A DNA stretch of 64,000 nt from Klebsormidium nitens (lineage: Eukaryota > Plantae > Klebsormidiophyceae): assembly GCA_000708835.1 (NCBI GenBank), contig DF237429.1:6995-70994 (forward strand), read 5' to 3'. Below are positions 49,101 to 62,035 of this stretch, one piece after another. The notes under the pieces are model-generated. The model was not told the origin of the DNA. It worked only from the letters and a program-made list of their open reading frames with translations, and made no database searches. The position numbers and the translations under genes are program-made. Position 1 is the first letter of the stretch. Every line of letters begins with the position of its first letter.

Positions 49101-52100
49101 CGAAACTCTATTCTAGGCGCACTTCCTTCTGGCGTTTCGCTGCTAGAACCTGAAATCTCTGAAAGACTCTGTTTCTTTAAAGTGCTGAAGCATCAAAGAT
49201 AGCCTGGCTCAGCTGACGTACTCTTCGACATCGCCTCGACGTATGCCACTTCCGACAATCTATCTCCATTTAAACAAGCCTGCAAAGCTCCGTTTGCCTA
49301 CAGTCTGATAGCTCTGAGATCGTACAGATCCAAGAAGCTATAGAATTCTTCAAGAAAGATCATCCGCAAGGTCTCAGATCTAGGTCTAGAATCCTCAATC
49401 CCGCTGTTTTAATCCAATGGTAACCCACCTCAGTAGCTTCGCTCTCGGCGAACACGCTGTCTGTGATGAGCGCATAGCCCCCGGAGCTGTACATGTAGAT
49501 GGCGCCCCCGGACCTGCCAGCAATAGAGGCATAGAAGATGCTGTCCTTCACGCTCAAAGTCTTGCCTCCAGAGCCGTTGTCAAGGTAGACAGCGCCTGCG
49601 GAAAATGGTATGGAGCTGAGAAATTTGGAAATTAAGAAACTGTCTGATACATTGCCTGTCTAGGATGTTTGGTGTTAGGTTAATTCCACCTGTCATGTTG
49701 GAAGTATTGGAATCGGTGAGCTTTGTTCATTCGAGGACTCAAGCGAGCTATCAATTGACGAAAACGCGGGCAATTTTGTACGCAAGAAAAGAGCAAATGT
49801 GTAGTGTCCACAAGAAGCGGTCAGTCAGCAGAAGTCACCACAATCGAGCGCCGAGGCAAACCTATGTGTGGATTCTCCTCGAAAGGGGACGAAGTTCCAG
49901 AAAGCTTACGAGTCTCGATCCTCAAATGAGACAAGTGTCGAGCAAGACGATAAGCAGCCGCAACAGTTATAAAAGATAGAGAAAGTGTCATCAAAGCCCG
50001 CCAAAAATGGAACATCTTGATGGATTGTAACGTCTCAGTCTGTGAGGGGGGAGGCCGTTACCTCCGTCCCTTTCGGCAGTGTTGTTGTAGAAGACACATC
50101 CGAGGAAGGTCGTGTTCCCTCCGGTGTACACTGCCGCTCCATACTGGACAAGAGGCAGTTTACACCAGGTCAAAAGACCGCACAATATGCGGTGGGAATA
50201 GGCACGAAGGCAAATGATTTACTACAGGTCGTGAGAGAGACATCCGGTGAAGAAGCACGCTTCAAACAACGTCAAGCACAGCAAATGTGTTTTGAAGGCC
50301 CTTTCCCGCCGGATATTCTAGAGAGTCTTTCCGCCAGGTTTTGTGAACGGTCTTGATCAAGCATCCACATTCTGGCACCAGTCCCTCGATCCCCTTTCGA
50401 CTGAGATGGACTCTTTCAGAGGATTGGAATCGAGCACACCACCGAACCTTCCCATCGGATATCCAAGCGGCTGTAGGAACGATGCGAAAGGGCCGACTCA
50501 CATAAGCGTAGTTGTTGGTGAAAGCGACGTTGATAAAGCTAGCGACAGCGTTGTCTCCGACCAGGACCGCGCCTCCATAGTAGTCCGACTGCAAAAGAGA
50601 ACCAAAAATTTCTGCTCCCAGTCCCGTTGAGCGAGAACATCAAAAATGAGGGACAGCCACTTGTGGGCATGACCTTTGTAAGTGATTGGAGAAATTTCGC
50701 CAGACAATCTGCACTTTTCTGGCTGCTCCCCTCAGCGATTCCGGACAGCACAGGGTCTTTCATTCTGTCGAAAATGGTATTCCCGTACTTGGAGCTGTTA
50801 GATTACACCGGTGGGTTGACAGTATGCCAGGGATGACGCAGAACATGCCAACCTGGGCAGGGGCACTTCCTCCAGACTCTTTCCAGCGTCGCTACAATGA
50901 AGAGAAGCGCACAAACGTGCAATTTGACTAGAAGAAAAGTCTTAAACAAGGCTGCTGTGCAATATACACAGTCATAGTCGCAAGGCTTGGGACCACTCAC
51001 GTAGCCATATGACAGCTCCAGGTTCTGGAAGACAACAGGGCCCACCAAGTCCGCAACTTCGAAAAGTTGAACCTGCATCAAGAAAATGGGGTCAGGTCCA
51101 AACGCAGTTCTCAAAGGCAACCAATGAAGACTGCTCACGTTTGGTCAAGTAAAAAGGGACGCAGGGGCTTCCTGTCCAGTTGTGTTGACTAGCTTAGCAC
51201 AGCATGGAACCCCGCCCCTCAGATTCCAAAGCTGCGGACGAGCAAAGTTCCCAACAGTTCCCCTATCCTTGAAGCCCAAGGTTGTCATGTACACAGGAAG
51301 TGACTGATTAATGTAGGCTCAGGGGTTCTGAGACTTTGACAATATCTTTTTCTCAGCATCTGCAGTCCCAAATTCTGTTGACGGGGCTGCAGCAAGCACA
51401 GATAGTTTGTCTTAATCTCACAGCGAAGACAACATTGCCCCATCCTTGCATCCAACATCTCGCAGATTTTGAGGACAGAGGTAGAGCTCACAATGACTAT
51501 CCAAATGCTTCTTTAGGGATTGGTATGTAAAGAGTAAATGGTACTCTAGAATTTTAAGGATTCTCAAGTCCTCAAGTTCTCAAGTCCCAGCCTGTTTCAC
51601 ACAAAATGGGGAGGGCAATGCAGCTTTTGCTCACATAACCATAACCATAGTAGTCTGTGTCGAGGCTCCCGTAAATGGTATACGGAGCGCCCGTGGTAGT
51701 GTTGCCGCCAATGATCGTAACCGCCTTGCTGACCTCGAGGGTTACATTAACCTCGATGTCGCTGCAAAGAAGGGCACCCAGGTTCAGAGGAGCTAACAGT
51801 GAGGGACCGAGTTTGCCAAGTGCTGGACTTGGGGTTTTGGGGCAGTGCCTTGCAATAGTGTGACGGTATGAAGACAAGTGACAAAGGCACTTGTGGAGCC
51901 TGCGAGGAAGTCCAAGTGGTAAGCGGCAGCCGCATTGCAGCGAAGCATCAATTTTTGTCGAGCGCAATTGTCCCCAGATGCTGTCACATGTCGTGAATGC
52001 CCTGACGCATACATGAGGAATCAGCGTTGTGTGAGGCAAGAAGTTGGAGCTTCAAGCTCGGCTTCTGGTAAAGCGTTACTGCCAGCTGGACTTCAGCAAA

Positions 52101-53472
52101 TTAGAAAGAGCAGATATTCCACAAATGATTGTTTTCTCAGCCTGACAGGATTGAAGAAGTAGCGTCAAAGAAGTGAGTGTAATTCCACAGCGAAAAAGTA
52201 TCTAGTCGTTGAGGCATTGAGCATAGAGGCAGTCAGGTGATTTTCACTTGACCAGCTTCTGAGCAATTTCTGGGCCCTTTTGCCACCCCCAAGAACATTC
52301 CTTTCGCACTGCTTTCTGTTTCATACCTGCACTTTCTCTCTGATATTACTCATGATATATTATTGAAGAAGAACACTCTTTCAGCATTTCCGCTTTTTCT
52401 TTGCAAGATTACATGTAGTCACTTTGCAAATGCTACCAACATTGCCCCACTTTTACCGTCCAAACCCACACAAGTACTCCAAAGGTGAAACTTTTGACAG
52501 CTCCTAAAATCTCCCCACTCTTTCCGTCCAACCAACACAAGTAGTCTAAAGCTGGAACTTTTAACAGCTCTCTGTTTCTCTCGTACACGCCACAATCTCA
52601 CCTGCAGATTACAATGACTTCCCCTAGCCTCGCAGACTTGAGCTTTGCCTGCAGGTTCACAGGGTCTGTGTATCCCACGCAGGTCGTGTTGGGCCCAGCC
52701 ACACTCCCAATTGCTGGAAATGTCGTATTCAGGAGTTGCGCTGCAAAGGGAGGACTGGGAAAGTTACACTTCTGCTCTGGCACCATGCTTTCAACGTTTG
52801 CTGCATATGTTCCCTGCATTGGCAGTCAAAGATTTGACCCGCAAGTGAGACCCCCACTGCATCTAGTAAGGATGTTCCTGGCAGCATTTTAGAGGCTGTA
52901 ACCTGAAGAGCATCTACACTTGCGCAGGTAATCAGAAAGAACCGCCATCAACTTACAATGCCAGAGGAAAGCAGCACAAGCTTCCTGCTTTTGCACATTA
53001 CCCCACACATGCGAAACCAGGACGGGGCTTGAAGAACTCCGGCACCTTGAGCTCCCATAACGAGGAAAGGAAGAGCACATTCCTCCCACTTTGAACATTG
53101 TGACTACTTTAAGCCCTCTCCAAGCTTGCACTTTACTGCTGGAAGCAAAAAGTCTCCTTACCAGTGGGCAGAGACCTAAACTGAGAACTCTCGAGTGTAT
53201 AAAATTTGTGCTGGCAGTTGAAAGCTTTGGCAAATTAACTGCACAATATGAGTCGCCAAGCTTGGTTCTTGATCCTAATTCAAAAGAGCTGTGAGAATGG
53301 GAAGCCCATCCCCCAATATCAAGAGCAACAAAGCAACAATGCAATTGACGGCCAAAAGCATAACAGGCACACAAGATTGAGCAAAGAGGTCGATGGCCTT
53401 ACCTTCTGTCTGGCATGCCAGCAGAAAGAGCAAAGCGCACAGGGCGGCGGCGACAGGCACTATGCGTGCCAT
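46192..53472 (-). CDS. Secreted polymorphic-membrane-protein (Pmp) repeat / beta-helix glycoprotein with EGF-like module, ~494 aa
   Basis: 13 exons: 53403-53472, 53162-53175, 52602-52813, 51635-51761, 51001-51072, 50502-50588, 50062-50143, 49429-49595, 48778-48855, 48197-48358, 47404-47527, 46901-47047, 46192-46334 (1485 nt, all phases compatible). Signal peptide MARIVPVAAALCALLFLLACQTEG; repeated GGA(I/V)Y/L and FxxN motifs; EGF-like CDPMMICDKNAT..CTCNAGFYGSGYAC. Confidence 0.82.
48048..48250 (-). repeat. Diverged duplication of the 3' end and donor of Pmp-gene exon 48197-48358
   Basis: TCC TTT TGC GGC GGG GAC AAC TTC ACG GCG AAC GTG GCG CAA GTG GTG|gtgagtta (ends 48197) versus TCC TTC TGC GGC GGG AAC AAT TTC ACG GCG AAC GTG CCG CAA GTG GTG|gtgagtta (ends 48062). 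Confidence 0.92.
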
Positions 53473-53493
53473 TGCTTTTGCTGTGCTGTACCT

Positions 53494-53544
53494 AAGATGC
53501 GAGCGAAAGATGCTAGCAAAGAGCGAAAGATGCTAGCAAAGAGC
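53494..53544 (+). repeat. 20-bp perfect tandem repeat just upstream of the Pmp-gene start codon
   Basis: GAGCGAAAGATGCTAGCAAA at 53501-53520 and 53521-53540 with partial flanking units. Confidence 0.85.
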
Positions 53545-55688
53545 AAGAGATTGTGTTATACCTTCTAATAGGTTCAAACTCATTTGACAATGATGAAAAG
53601 GAGGAATTCAGAAGCCTGTCTGAATGAGGTTCTGGAGGTGGCAATGCCAATAGCAATGGCTTTGAACGATGCTTTAGTCCAAGATTCACTGATAACCACT
53701 TGTCAATGTATAGTATATATAGGTAGCAATAGCGACAACAATAATAATACGTAACCACGTTCCAATGTTACAATCTGTACCTACACTATTGATATTAAAA
53801 GGACAAATAGAACAATATTGAACCAATAACCAATTAAATAATAACAACAGTCTGACATCACCTGTGCCAAGTTCCAACTGCAGGCACAACTGAGCCAGGA
53901 TTTCTTGGCAGCCAGCTGCACAATGCGGTACGTCGGAACACCCCTGGCCGGGGGAGCTCATCCACCGAGGCATTCCCGGGCTGAGTTGCAGGCTACTGCA
54001 GAGGGGCTGGGGAGTGACCGGGTGTCTATTGCCCGTCTATCGATAGCTGCACGGTACATTCTATAGGTACAGGGGTCCCTTATACAGTACCTGAGTAAGA
54101 TGACCCGCCGGCGCCGGCCACCGCCTTGTCGTGCAAACCGGAGGGAGTGCGCTCTGCTTGGTAGTGACTGTTGGACTGCGCGGAGATTCGGTGAAGTTTT
54201 TCGCGCACTGTGTCTTGAATCTTCTGACGAGAAGATCGCTCGCTGCCGACTCCCGAAAATGTCATGCCCATATTATTGGGGATCCAGGTTGGAGGAACCG
54301 CGCGCAGCGGGAGTGCGCTGCACACACGAGCACGCGCGATTTTGGTTAGCAATAATATCGGCGTTGAAAATAGCGTCAAGACTCAAGTGTGACGATCGTA
54401 CCTCCCCTTGCGTCATCCGGGTAGCAACCTTGAAGAAATGCGTTGTTCTCATTGGCTGCAACCGTGAAACTGTCAGAATCTCCAGGTGATCCATCATCCG
54501 TCCCATGGCCAGCTGGCATCGGGTACGGACTGATGTCACCGCAGAATGAAACTCAAGAAAGTAAGCGCCCAGATAATTGTAAGGTAACCGCACTGTGACG
54601 GGTAGGGTTAGTATAGTGGTTAGGGTGGGTACAAGTGCGGAGCGGGTGTTATTATTTAATAAAGGTTTAGGGGTTTTAGTGTTAGTCGGAGCTTACCATT
54701 TAATCTTGGCTTACAAGTTACTACCGTACCGTATTATCTTTCTTGACAGTAAATATCACCGCAGGTTGTTGATCATGGGCCGGTGCATTTAAGACAGACC
54801 TACCTATGACAACACGGTATCATACCGGTAGTATTATCGAAGTAGGCATACCGCCCGGCGCCTCTGTGTCCGTTCACAAATTCGTTCCGTGGCGGGGCCC
54901 TCGTCTTCGGAGCGGATCGACAAGGGCATGGGCATGCCGGATGTCCGGCCGCGCAGACCCAGTTGACCGTGATCATAGCATATGAAACCAGCCTGGCGCC
55001 ATGTGGTCGGACGACTCCGTTGACGTACTCGAGAGAACAAGCTAGAAGTGCCAGGTCGGAGGCATCATGACCAGCTGCATCTGACGTGCTTGCTTAAGAG
55101 AGGCGTCTTTGTCGAAGCCAGCAGGCGCCAACGGTGGCAGGGGCGGTGCAGCGCCTCTTCCCACTGCGCCTCGGGCAGCGGGTCTTCTAATTGATTAGAG
55201 TCCCGCTTGATGAGCTCTGCAAAGGGGCGTCGAGACTCTGACGATAGACGCCGGGAATCTTATATTGGATGATCTGTCGAAGCTGCTACTAGAGCTGACA
55301 TTGGGTAAAGCTGGCGCAAGGGCGCCAGACAGAAGGACGTCCATGAGCCACTCAGCCAACAACATCTAGAGACGTCAGCAAAGAGGCTGCGTGAGAGGAG
55401 GAACGCCATGGAGCTAGAACTCGTAACGAGTCGGGGGCACCAAAATGCTGGCAGCTCTGATTGATGGAAGGATAGATGTGCCCAGTCTTATACGCAAATA
55501 GATTGGTGGCCAATAAATGACGAGAAACCAGTTGATTGCAAACACCCCTACCTTCTCAAGCGCTGCGCGCTCCGTCCTGCGGCATAGGCAAACACTCGCT
55601 ACTAGCTAGAACGCATTAACACGCAAGATCTAGCTTGCATGCCTGAATGGCGTCACACACAGCCCAGTGTCTGCGGCGCCCACCGCGG

Positions 55689-58600
55689 ATGAAAAGCTTT
55701 CATTGTTCAATGGGGCGTCCGCTGACACGTGTCTCTCTCTTGAGATCTGGTTTTGCTGCATACATAGTGGTCGCTCAAATAACGTCAGCAATCCAGGGAT
55801 TGGCTGCGGCAGCTGACGGTGCGCCGGTGACCTGGAAAGAGGATGCAAAGTCCCTGACGTTGGACAATGGGCTGTTCCGGGTCACGTTCGCCAAGCCGCA
55901 GGTTAGCTCCGTAAAGACCTCCTGCTCATTAGGCTACTTGAGAGAGTTAGGTGTGCAGAGTCTGTTTGATTATGGGCAACAATCAGAGTCTCTGATCCCA
56001 AAGTTGGACCTCGTGATGAGCATGAGAAGAGTTGCTTTCTCTTTCGCTTGCTTAGAGCTAGAATCGAATCTAAGTTCAGAGTGCTCGCCGATCAGATTGA
56101 GAACTTTGGACAAAACCTCTTGGAATGTTGCCCGGCTTGCTTTTGATCGTGTTAACTTTGAATGACCGATCCAATCCGAGACTGGTTGCACGAGTCCCAT
56201 GGAAGGACATTTGTAGTTCCTAGACCTCTATAGATCTGTCCAGTAACCACAGGCTCTTGTCCCTAAGGAGTGACGTATTCATATCATATAAGTGCCGAAA
56301 GATCCGAGCTGACCTCAGATTCGCTCCTTGCGCGTATAGGGGTACGTTCTGAGCATACGCTATGGGCCCCCGTCCCAGCGGCCCGACATTCTGCTTTCTG
56401 CGGCACGGCCCTCTTACTTCGACCTCAACTGGAGCCCACTTGGAACTGACACCGGGCCATACGACGTTGTGTATGCGACCACTTATGCGATCACGTCAGC
56501 AGCTACAGACACGTCAAAAGTTGAGGTCTCCTTTACAAGGTGAGCAGACTTTCTGACCGCATTGGGTGCAAATAAAGTACGGGAAAATGATCAAAAGGAC
56601 ACGATAGCCCTTAGGGCAGGTGTGAATGGGACAGTTATCCATGCCACTTGGAGATGGATTGCTCTGCATGGCGTTTTTGACTTGTCACTCGAAAAAATCG
56701 ATTACTTTTTTGGAGCACTTTGCTGAGCGGCCTGGACAGACGCAAACGTGTTATGCAAACTGGTTTCATCCCAAATGGTTTAGGATCATATCGAATAACT
56801 TTTATCGTAAAGCAGATCGACTCTCTTCACAAGTCTGGCTTTCAGACGAATATTCATCCAGGAAAGAACTCTCTTTGATGTCTCATCCCCTCTCGGAAAA
56901 GCGGCCTTCTTCGCTTCAAGGAGCAAAATGTAGAAAGAACCAAGGTTTTGAAGACGTTGTGAACGGTGCACTGTGACCCTCACGCCTTACGTCAATCTTG
57001 GCGACTCATTAGCCGACGACCGACCCACTGTGTCGCCCTCGGCTGTTCATTGCCGGGGCGAAGCATGTCTTCCTTTCTCGGCACCAATAAGCAGATTCCG
57101 CTGTGCCGTAATCAGCGCAAAACCAGATGGTCAGAGTACTTCTTTCAACAAAGGCCGGTCCTAATTTTCTGCAGACCGTACGTGACTGGCGCCGTTCCCC
57201 TTACGCTCGAGACCCGGTACCTGCTGCGGCAGGGGAATACGGGCCTGTACGTGTACCATAAGCTGACGCACAACAAGGCGTGGCCGGACTTCCAGCTGCA
57301 ACAGGTAAGGAAACGAGCGGCCTCAAGTGAGCTGAGCAATTGTGCCCTGGCGACCGATCGCCTGATGCTCCGGTCGTCCAGTTGCTTGCGCACTCGGTGT
57401 TGCCAATTGCAGCGACACGTAGATGATAGTGGCGGTTGACAATCGTGTCGCCGCGAGCTACAAGAGATACACCCCAGCGTTTGGAGATGAACGGTTGGGT
57501 GGAGCAGATCGGACGCCTCATTATGACATGCGGATTTAGAATCTCCAAGAGCAGATCTGATACTGGACCACAGTCTGTCAACAACAAATGAGAGTCGGCG
57601 TGATCACGATGAACCAGACGCTGGTTATGTTTGAACCTCAGCGGCCAAAGTCAACGTCCTCGAAAGATTGGACAATTCCCAGCATGGCTTGTCGAAATGG
57701 TGTGTTCGCTTCGCAGCGACTCCGTTCCTCCGACCCTCACCTTCAGTTCTTAGCCGCTCTCTGACCCTTTTCAAGTCAGATCTGAATCTCTGCACGAATG
57801 TGCCGCCAGTTGCTCCTCTGAAAGGCGTCTTTCGCTTCCTTTCCCTGGCCCTCGAGCGAGCTTGATCAGCCTGCCCCCGTCCCCGCCCGATTCTTAACCA
57901 CTCCTTTCTCGACACGTGGCAGCTGCGGACGGTTTGGGACCTGGACCCGGGCTTCGACTACACGATCCTGGCCGACGATCGCCAGCGCAAGATGCCGGGG
58001 CCGAACGATCTGACGCCCGCCGTCAGTGCGGATACCAGCATCCCCGAAGCGCGCGTGCTGACGCAACCGAAGGATCCTGCGTTCAAGGGCGAGATCAACG
58101 ACAAGTACCATTACAGTGCGGATGTCAAGTGAGTCGACTTGTTTTAGGTTGGCGGTTTGGTGACGCAGAGAGAGCGGCGCGGGGCGTGCTGCTTCGTCTA
58201 GAGCAATGTTGGTCCGCTTTCTGCATCTCCACGTGCATGGACCTTAGAATTGCATTGCTCACTTTCACCGGAACAGCGTAGAGCACACCCGTGAATATTT
58301 TGGAGAAATTGAAAGAAAAGCAACGGGGCAAGGTGCTTTTCTGCTGAGTCCTTGATCCCTCACATTTGATCCTTCGGCGGACCTTATTAAGCGCTCCTCA
58401 AAGGTAAGCAGCATGAGCCAAGAACGAGCGAAGCTGGCCCTTTTTAGGGTTTTTGGGTTTTAGGGTTCTGGAGGAGTGCTTGTCTATTGTTGACGTCTAA
58501 CATCAGGCTTGCTTCTTTGAAAAGTAGAGCGCACATGTCTCGTCCACTACAGATCGCAAGTCACTCCTCTGATAACGCGAACCGGTTTCGACATCCTTTT

Positions 58601-61600
58601 TAAGAGACTGCTCCGCTTTCTCCTCCTAGGGACCTGAGCGTCCTCGGTTGGACCCGCAACTCGTCGACCGGATTTTGGATCATTTCCGGGAGCGAGGAGT
58701 ATATCGGGGGGGGACCCACCAAGCAGGACCTCACAGTACAGGTGAACCCCCCTCCTCGGCGCCCAACTTCATGAGAAACCTCGCGCTTTGTCTCAGTTGA
58801 ACGCACTTCTTGCCAGTAGAATTTCCAACAGTCGTGGCGTTGCGGCGGTCTTGGAGCTGTTGTATTCGCGTTTGGATGTCGCCGTAAAACTAAGCTTTCA
58901 CACGCTGGTGGCAGCAAGCAGAGCACGCACGCCCTTGTCGGTCGCGCAAAGCGTGGAAGGCCGCCTCGAGCTTTCAAACACGCGGGACTGCGATCTTCTG
59001 GAAACCAAAACCCTGAGACCGATCCTCCGCTCGCCGCGCACAGGTCTTCCCCCTCATCCTGAAGATGCTCCACTCGCGCCACTACGGGACGCCAGCTGTC
59101 GCCATCCAGGGGGAGGACTGGTCCAAAATCTACGGCCCATATTTGATCTACGTCAACGCGGCGCCTAGTAATGCGGCGCTGTGGGCGGACGCTAGAGCGC
59201 GCGCTGCGAACGTAAGACCCAAGCCACAATTCTTTCCGTCTCTTCGTCGGTTGAAAAATTACGTGTCGCGTTTTCAGATGCCCCTTCCCGCAAGTCGAAT
59301 TAGAAGCATTCCATTGAAGTCTGCTTTGTTTCCGGAGCGGCAATGGGCGCGCTGAAATTTCGTCACTTGGAAGATTAGTGTTCTTCGTGTCCCTTCCTGA
59401 CAAAGCCTTAGTGCTAACGTAAGCAAGCTGGGGGAAGCTCCAAACGACGTGCGAATTTGAGATCCTGTGACATCATCACTTCTTACTTTCCCTAATCCAG
59501 GAGACGAAGACCTGGCCCTACCTAGGTCTTTTCACCGACCCGTCGTTTCCGGGCCCAAGGACACGTGTCCGCGGCACGCTCGTTCTCGCTGACCCGACCA
59601 ACCCCGGGGCAAAAGCAGCCGGTGCGTTTGTGGGCCTAGCGGCCCCTGGGGATGACGCAAATTGCTGGCAAGATGACGTCAGGGGGTACCAGTTTTGGAC
59701 GCGCGCGGATGCCAACGGTGGGTTCCAATCTTTTTGAATTTTGATCTCACCATGTCTACGAATTGATGTTGGTACTGGACAACCTGAGTTTTTTAGAGAA
59801 GACATCTCACGACTATAAGAACCGCACGGAACCAAACCTGCAAACCGTTCTTTTTGCGTGAACGTGGTCTGCAGACAAGTGACTTCTTGCCGAGAATTCA
59901 CCAAAACGAGAAGTTCTTAAGTTCCCAAACAGTACTTAGATTTCGACGTAGATATTTCTGCTTTGCAGGCTCATTCGTGCTGCCCTCAGTTCGCCCGGGC
60001 ACTTACAGCGTCTACGCTTTTGTGCCGGGCGTCTTTGGGAACTTTCAGTCCGGGCAGCTGATCGCCGTGAACGCCAGCATCCCAACGCTGCTTTTGGGCG
60101 ACCTGACGTTTACGCCTCCGCGCCTGGGGCCCACTCTTTGGGAGATTGGTGTTCCGGATAGAAGCGCAGGTAAAGTACCTTATCAGGCAATCTCGTTCAT
60201 CTCTAATCTCACTTTCCTCATTCAAACTTTCATATTGTCGTCTGTAATCTGACGAAGAGGGTATAAATCTTGCGCTCCGGTCTGCCTCTACAATTCGCGG
60301 ACCCGTGAGGAGGTCTTCTTATTAGGATCTGACTTGTTGAGCGGATCAGCCAGTGAGTTCTTACATTATCGTCTTGGCTGGTATCAACGGTCTAGATTGA
60401 AGGCGTCGGTTTGGTAGCGGAGCAATTTGGGCCAGGAGTTTCGATCACAAAATTCTATTTGAAATAACCAAGTGAGATTGAACATCTTTGGTCGCAGGCG
60501 AGTTTTTCGTCCCGAAGCCCAACAAGCTGAACCTGCAGTACCCGTATAATGCGACGAACCCAAACCGCTACCGCGACTACGGGGTTTGGGATGCCTACGC
60601 GGCCACTTACCCCGTTCAAGATCTCGTCTATCAGGTAACGGCAGAACCTCCACGCAAGAAGCTCAAGAAGTAGAGCTCGAAAAGCAGAGCTCGAATAGAC
60701 TTTCACCCGCTTTGCCTGATGGCGTCACGGCAGTCTTCCCGAGTCAGCTGATAATCTCTTATTGCTGGTAGAAGGTAATCAAGACGCTTTGTCTCCTCGG
60801 AAGCCTTGTATCGTCGTGATTGCCTTTGAAACGATGGTACATTGACATGCTCTTCGACAGAATTTGATGCCTGATGTCGAAGTCCGAGCAGTCCTAAGGA
60901 CCAGCAACCCCACGTTAAAATGCACACTTTGCAGCACACTGATCAGCCCATAGCCCATACTGAGACAAAGATTTACCTTTTCTCCGCTGATGGTCAGTGG
61001 TCACTTAGATTGACAAGGGGCCGGAATATCATTGAAAAGCTATCATCATCAGCTGCACGTACGTCGATCCCTCGAGAACCTCAGCAGATGTCTGTCTTGC
61101 AAGTCGAGTGAATGCGAAGGAACGGCAGCCGACGTCAGATTGTCCATCTCCTGGCAGGTGGGCGTCAGCAGCCACTCTAAGGACTGGTTCTTCGTCCAGC
61201 CCGTGCGGCTGGTTCCGACCGGTACGAACGTTCCGACCGTCTGGCGGATTGACTTTCCGCTCAACTCCTTCGCGCCGGCCGCCCTCCAAAGCAGCCGGGT
61301 CGCGGCCGCGCCCGCGGCCGGGGGTTTCGTGCTGCGCGTCGGCGTCGCGGCCGCGCAGCAGGCCGCGCTCGTGGTCGCCGTGAACGACCCCGGGTTTGTT
61401 AACCCGGTGTTCGACTCCGGGGTTATCGGCCAGGATAACGCGCTCGCGCGCGCGGGCGCGCACGGGGACTACGACGAGCTGGAAGTTCTCATAGCGGGCG
61501 GGTTGCTACGGCCCGGTGGGAATTCGCTCTTTCTCAAGCAGAGGAGGAGCGACTACGGGTTCGCGCACATCATGTATGATTACCTGAGGTTAGAGGGGCC

Positions 61601-61814
61601 GGTTTCCGGGTTAAGCCTAACACCCGGTACGAAGTCCCCGGTCGCCGCGCCGCGCCGCGCGCCGCCTCCGCCTGGCAACGGCCCCGAGGTGCCACGTCAG
61701 GCGCCACCTGGAAGCATGTCCTCGTCTGCGCCGACGAACATACGCTATGGGGCAGATGGGTTGGGGATGTGTCTGCTTATTGGGTTGGTCTGCATCTTAG
61801 CAAGTTGGCTGTGA
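55689..61814 (+). CDS. RGL: Rhamnogalacturonan I lyase (polysaccharide lyase family 4) with Pro-rich linker and GPI-type C-terminal signal, ~746 aa
   Basis: 10 exons: 55689-55901, 56340-56539, 57175-57304, 57923-58128, 58630-58741, 59044-59211, 59501-59717, 59969-60169, 60498-60634, 61158-61814 (2241 nt). PL4 motifs YFDLNWS, DDRQRKMP, DKYHYS, GGPTKQDLT, MLHSRHYG, YQFWTRAD, LWEIGVPDRSAGEF, IMYDYLRLEGP. Start may be ATG 55689 or 55710. Confidence 0.93.
58442..58465 (+). repeat. Interstitial telomere-like triplet (TTTTAGGG-TTTTTGGG-TTTTAGGG) in RGL intron 4
   Basis: Read directly from 58442-58465. Confidence 0.6.
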
Positions 61815-61984
61815 GCGGCAAGAATTGGTAATGAAACAAGAACCTGGACAAAACTTCTGTAGGGAATGACAGGACGGATGGAAGCAAGAAGTTGAGCAAC
61901 TGTAGGTGGTCGGATCGCAGCGGTCAAAGATGACTAAGGATGGTGCGGTCAGCAGAATTGCTGTTGCAAGGTCCATTTAGATAT

Positions 61985-62035
61985 GTCGGGTCAAGTCGAG
62001 TCGAGTCAAGTCGGTCAGGTCATACAAGTCTGTCA
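61985..62035 (+). repeat. Degenerate 5-bp (GTCRR)n microsatellite downstream of RGL
   Basis: gtcgg gtcaa gtcga gtcga gtcaa gtcg gtcag gtcat. Confidence 0.6.
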
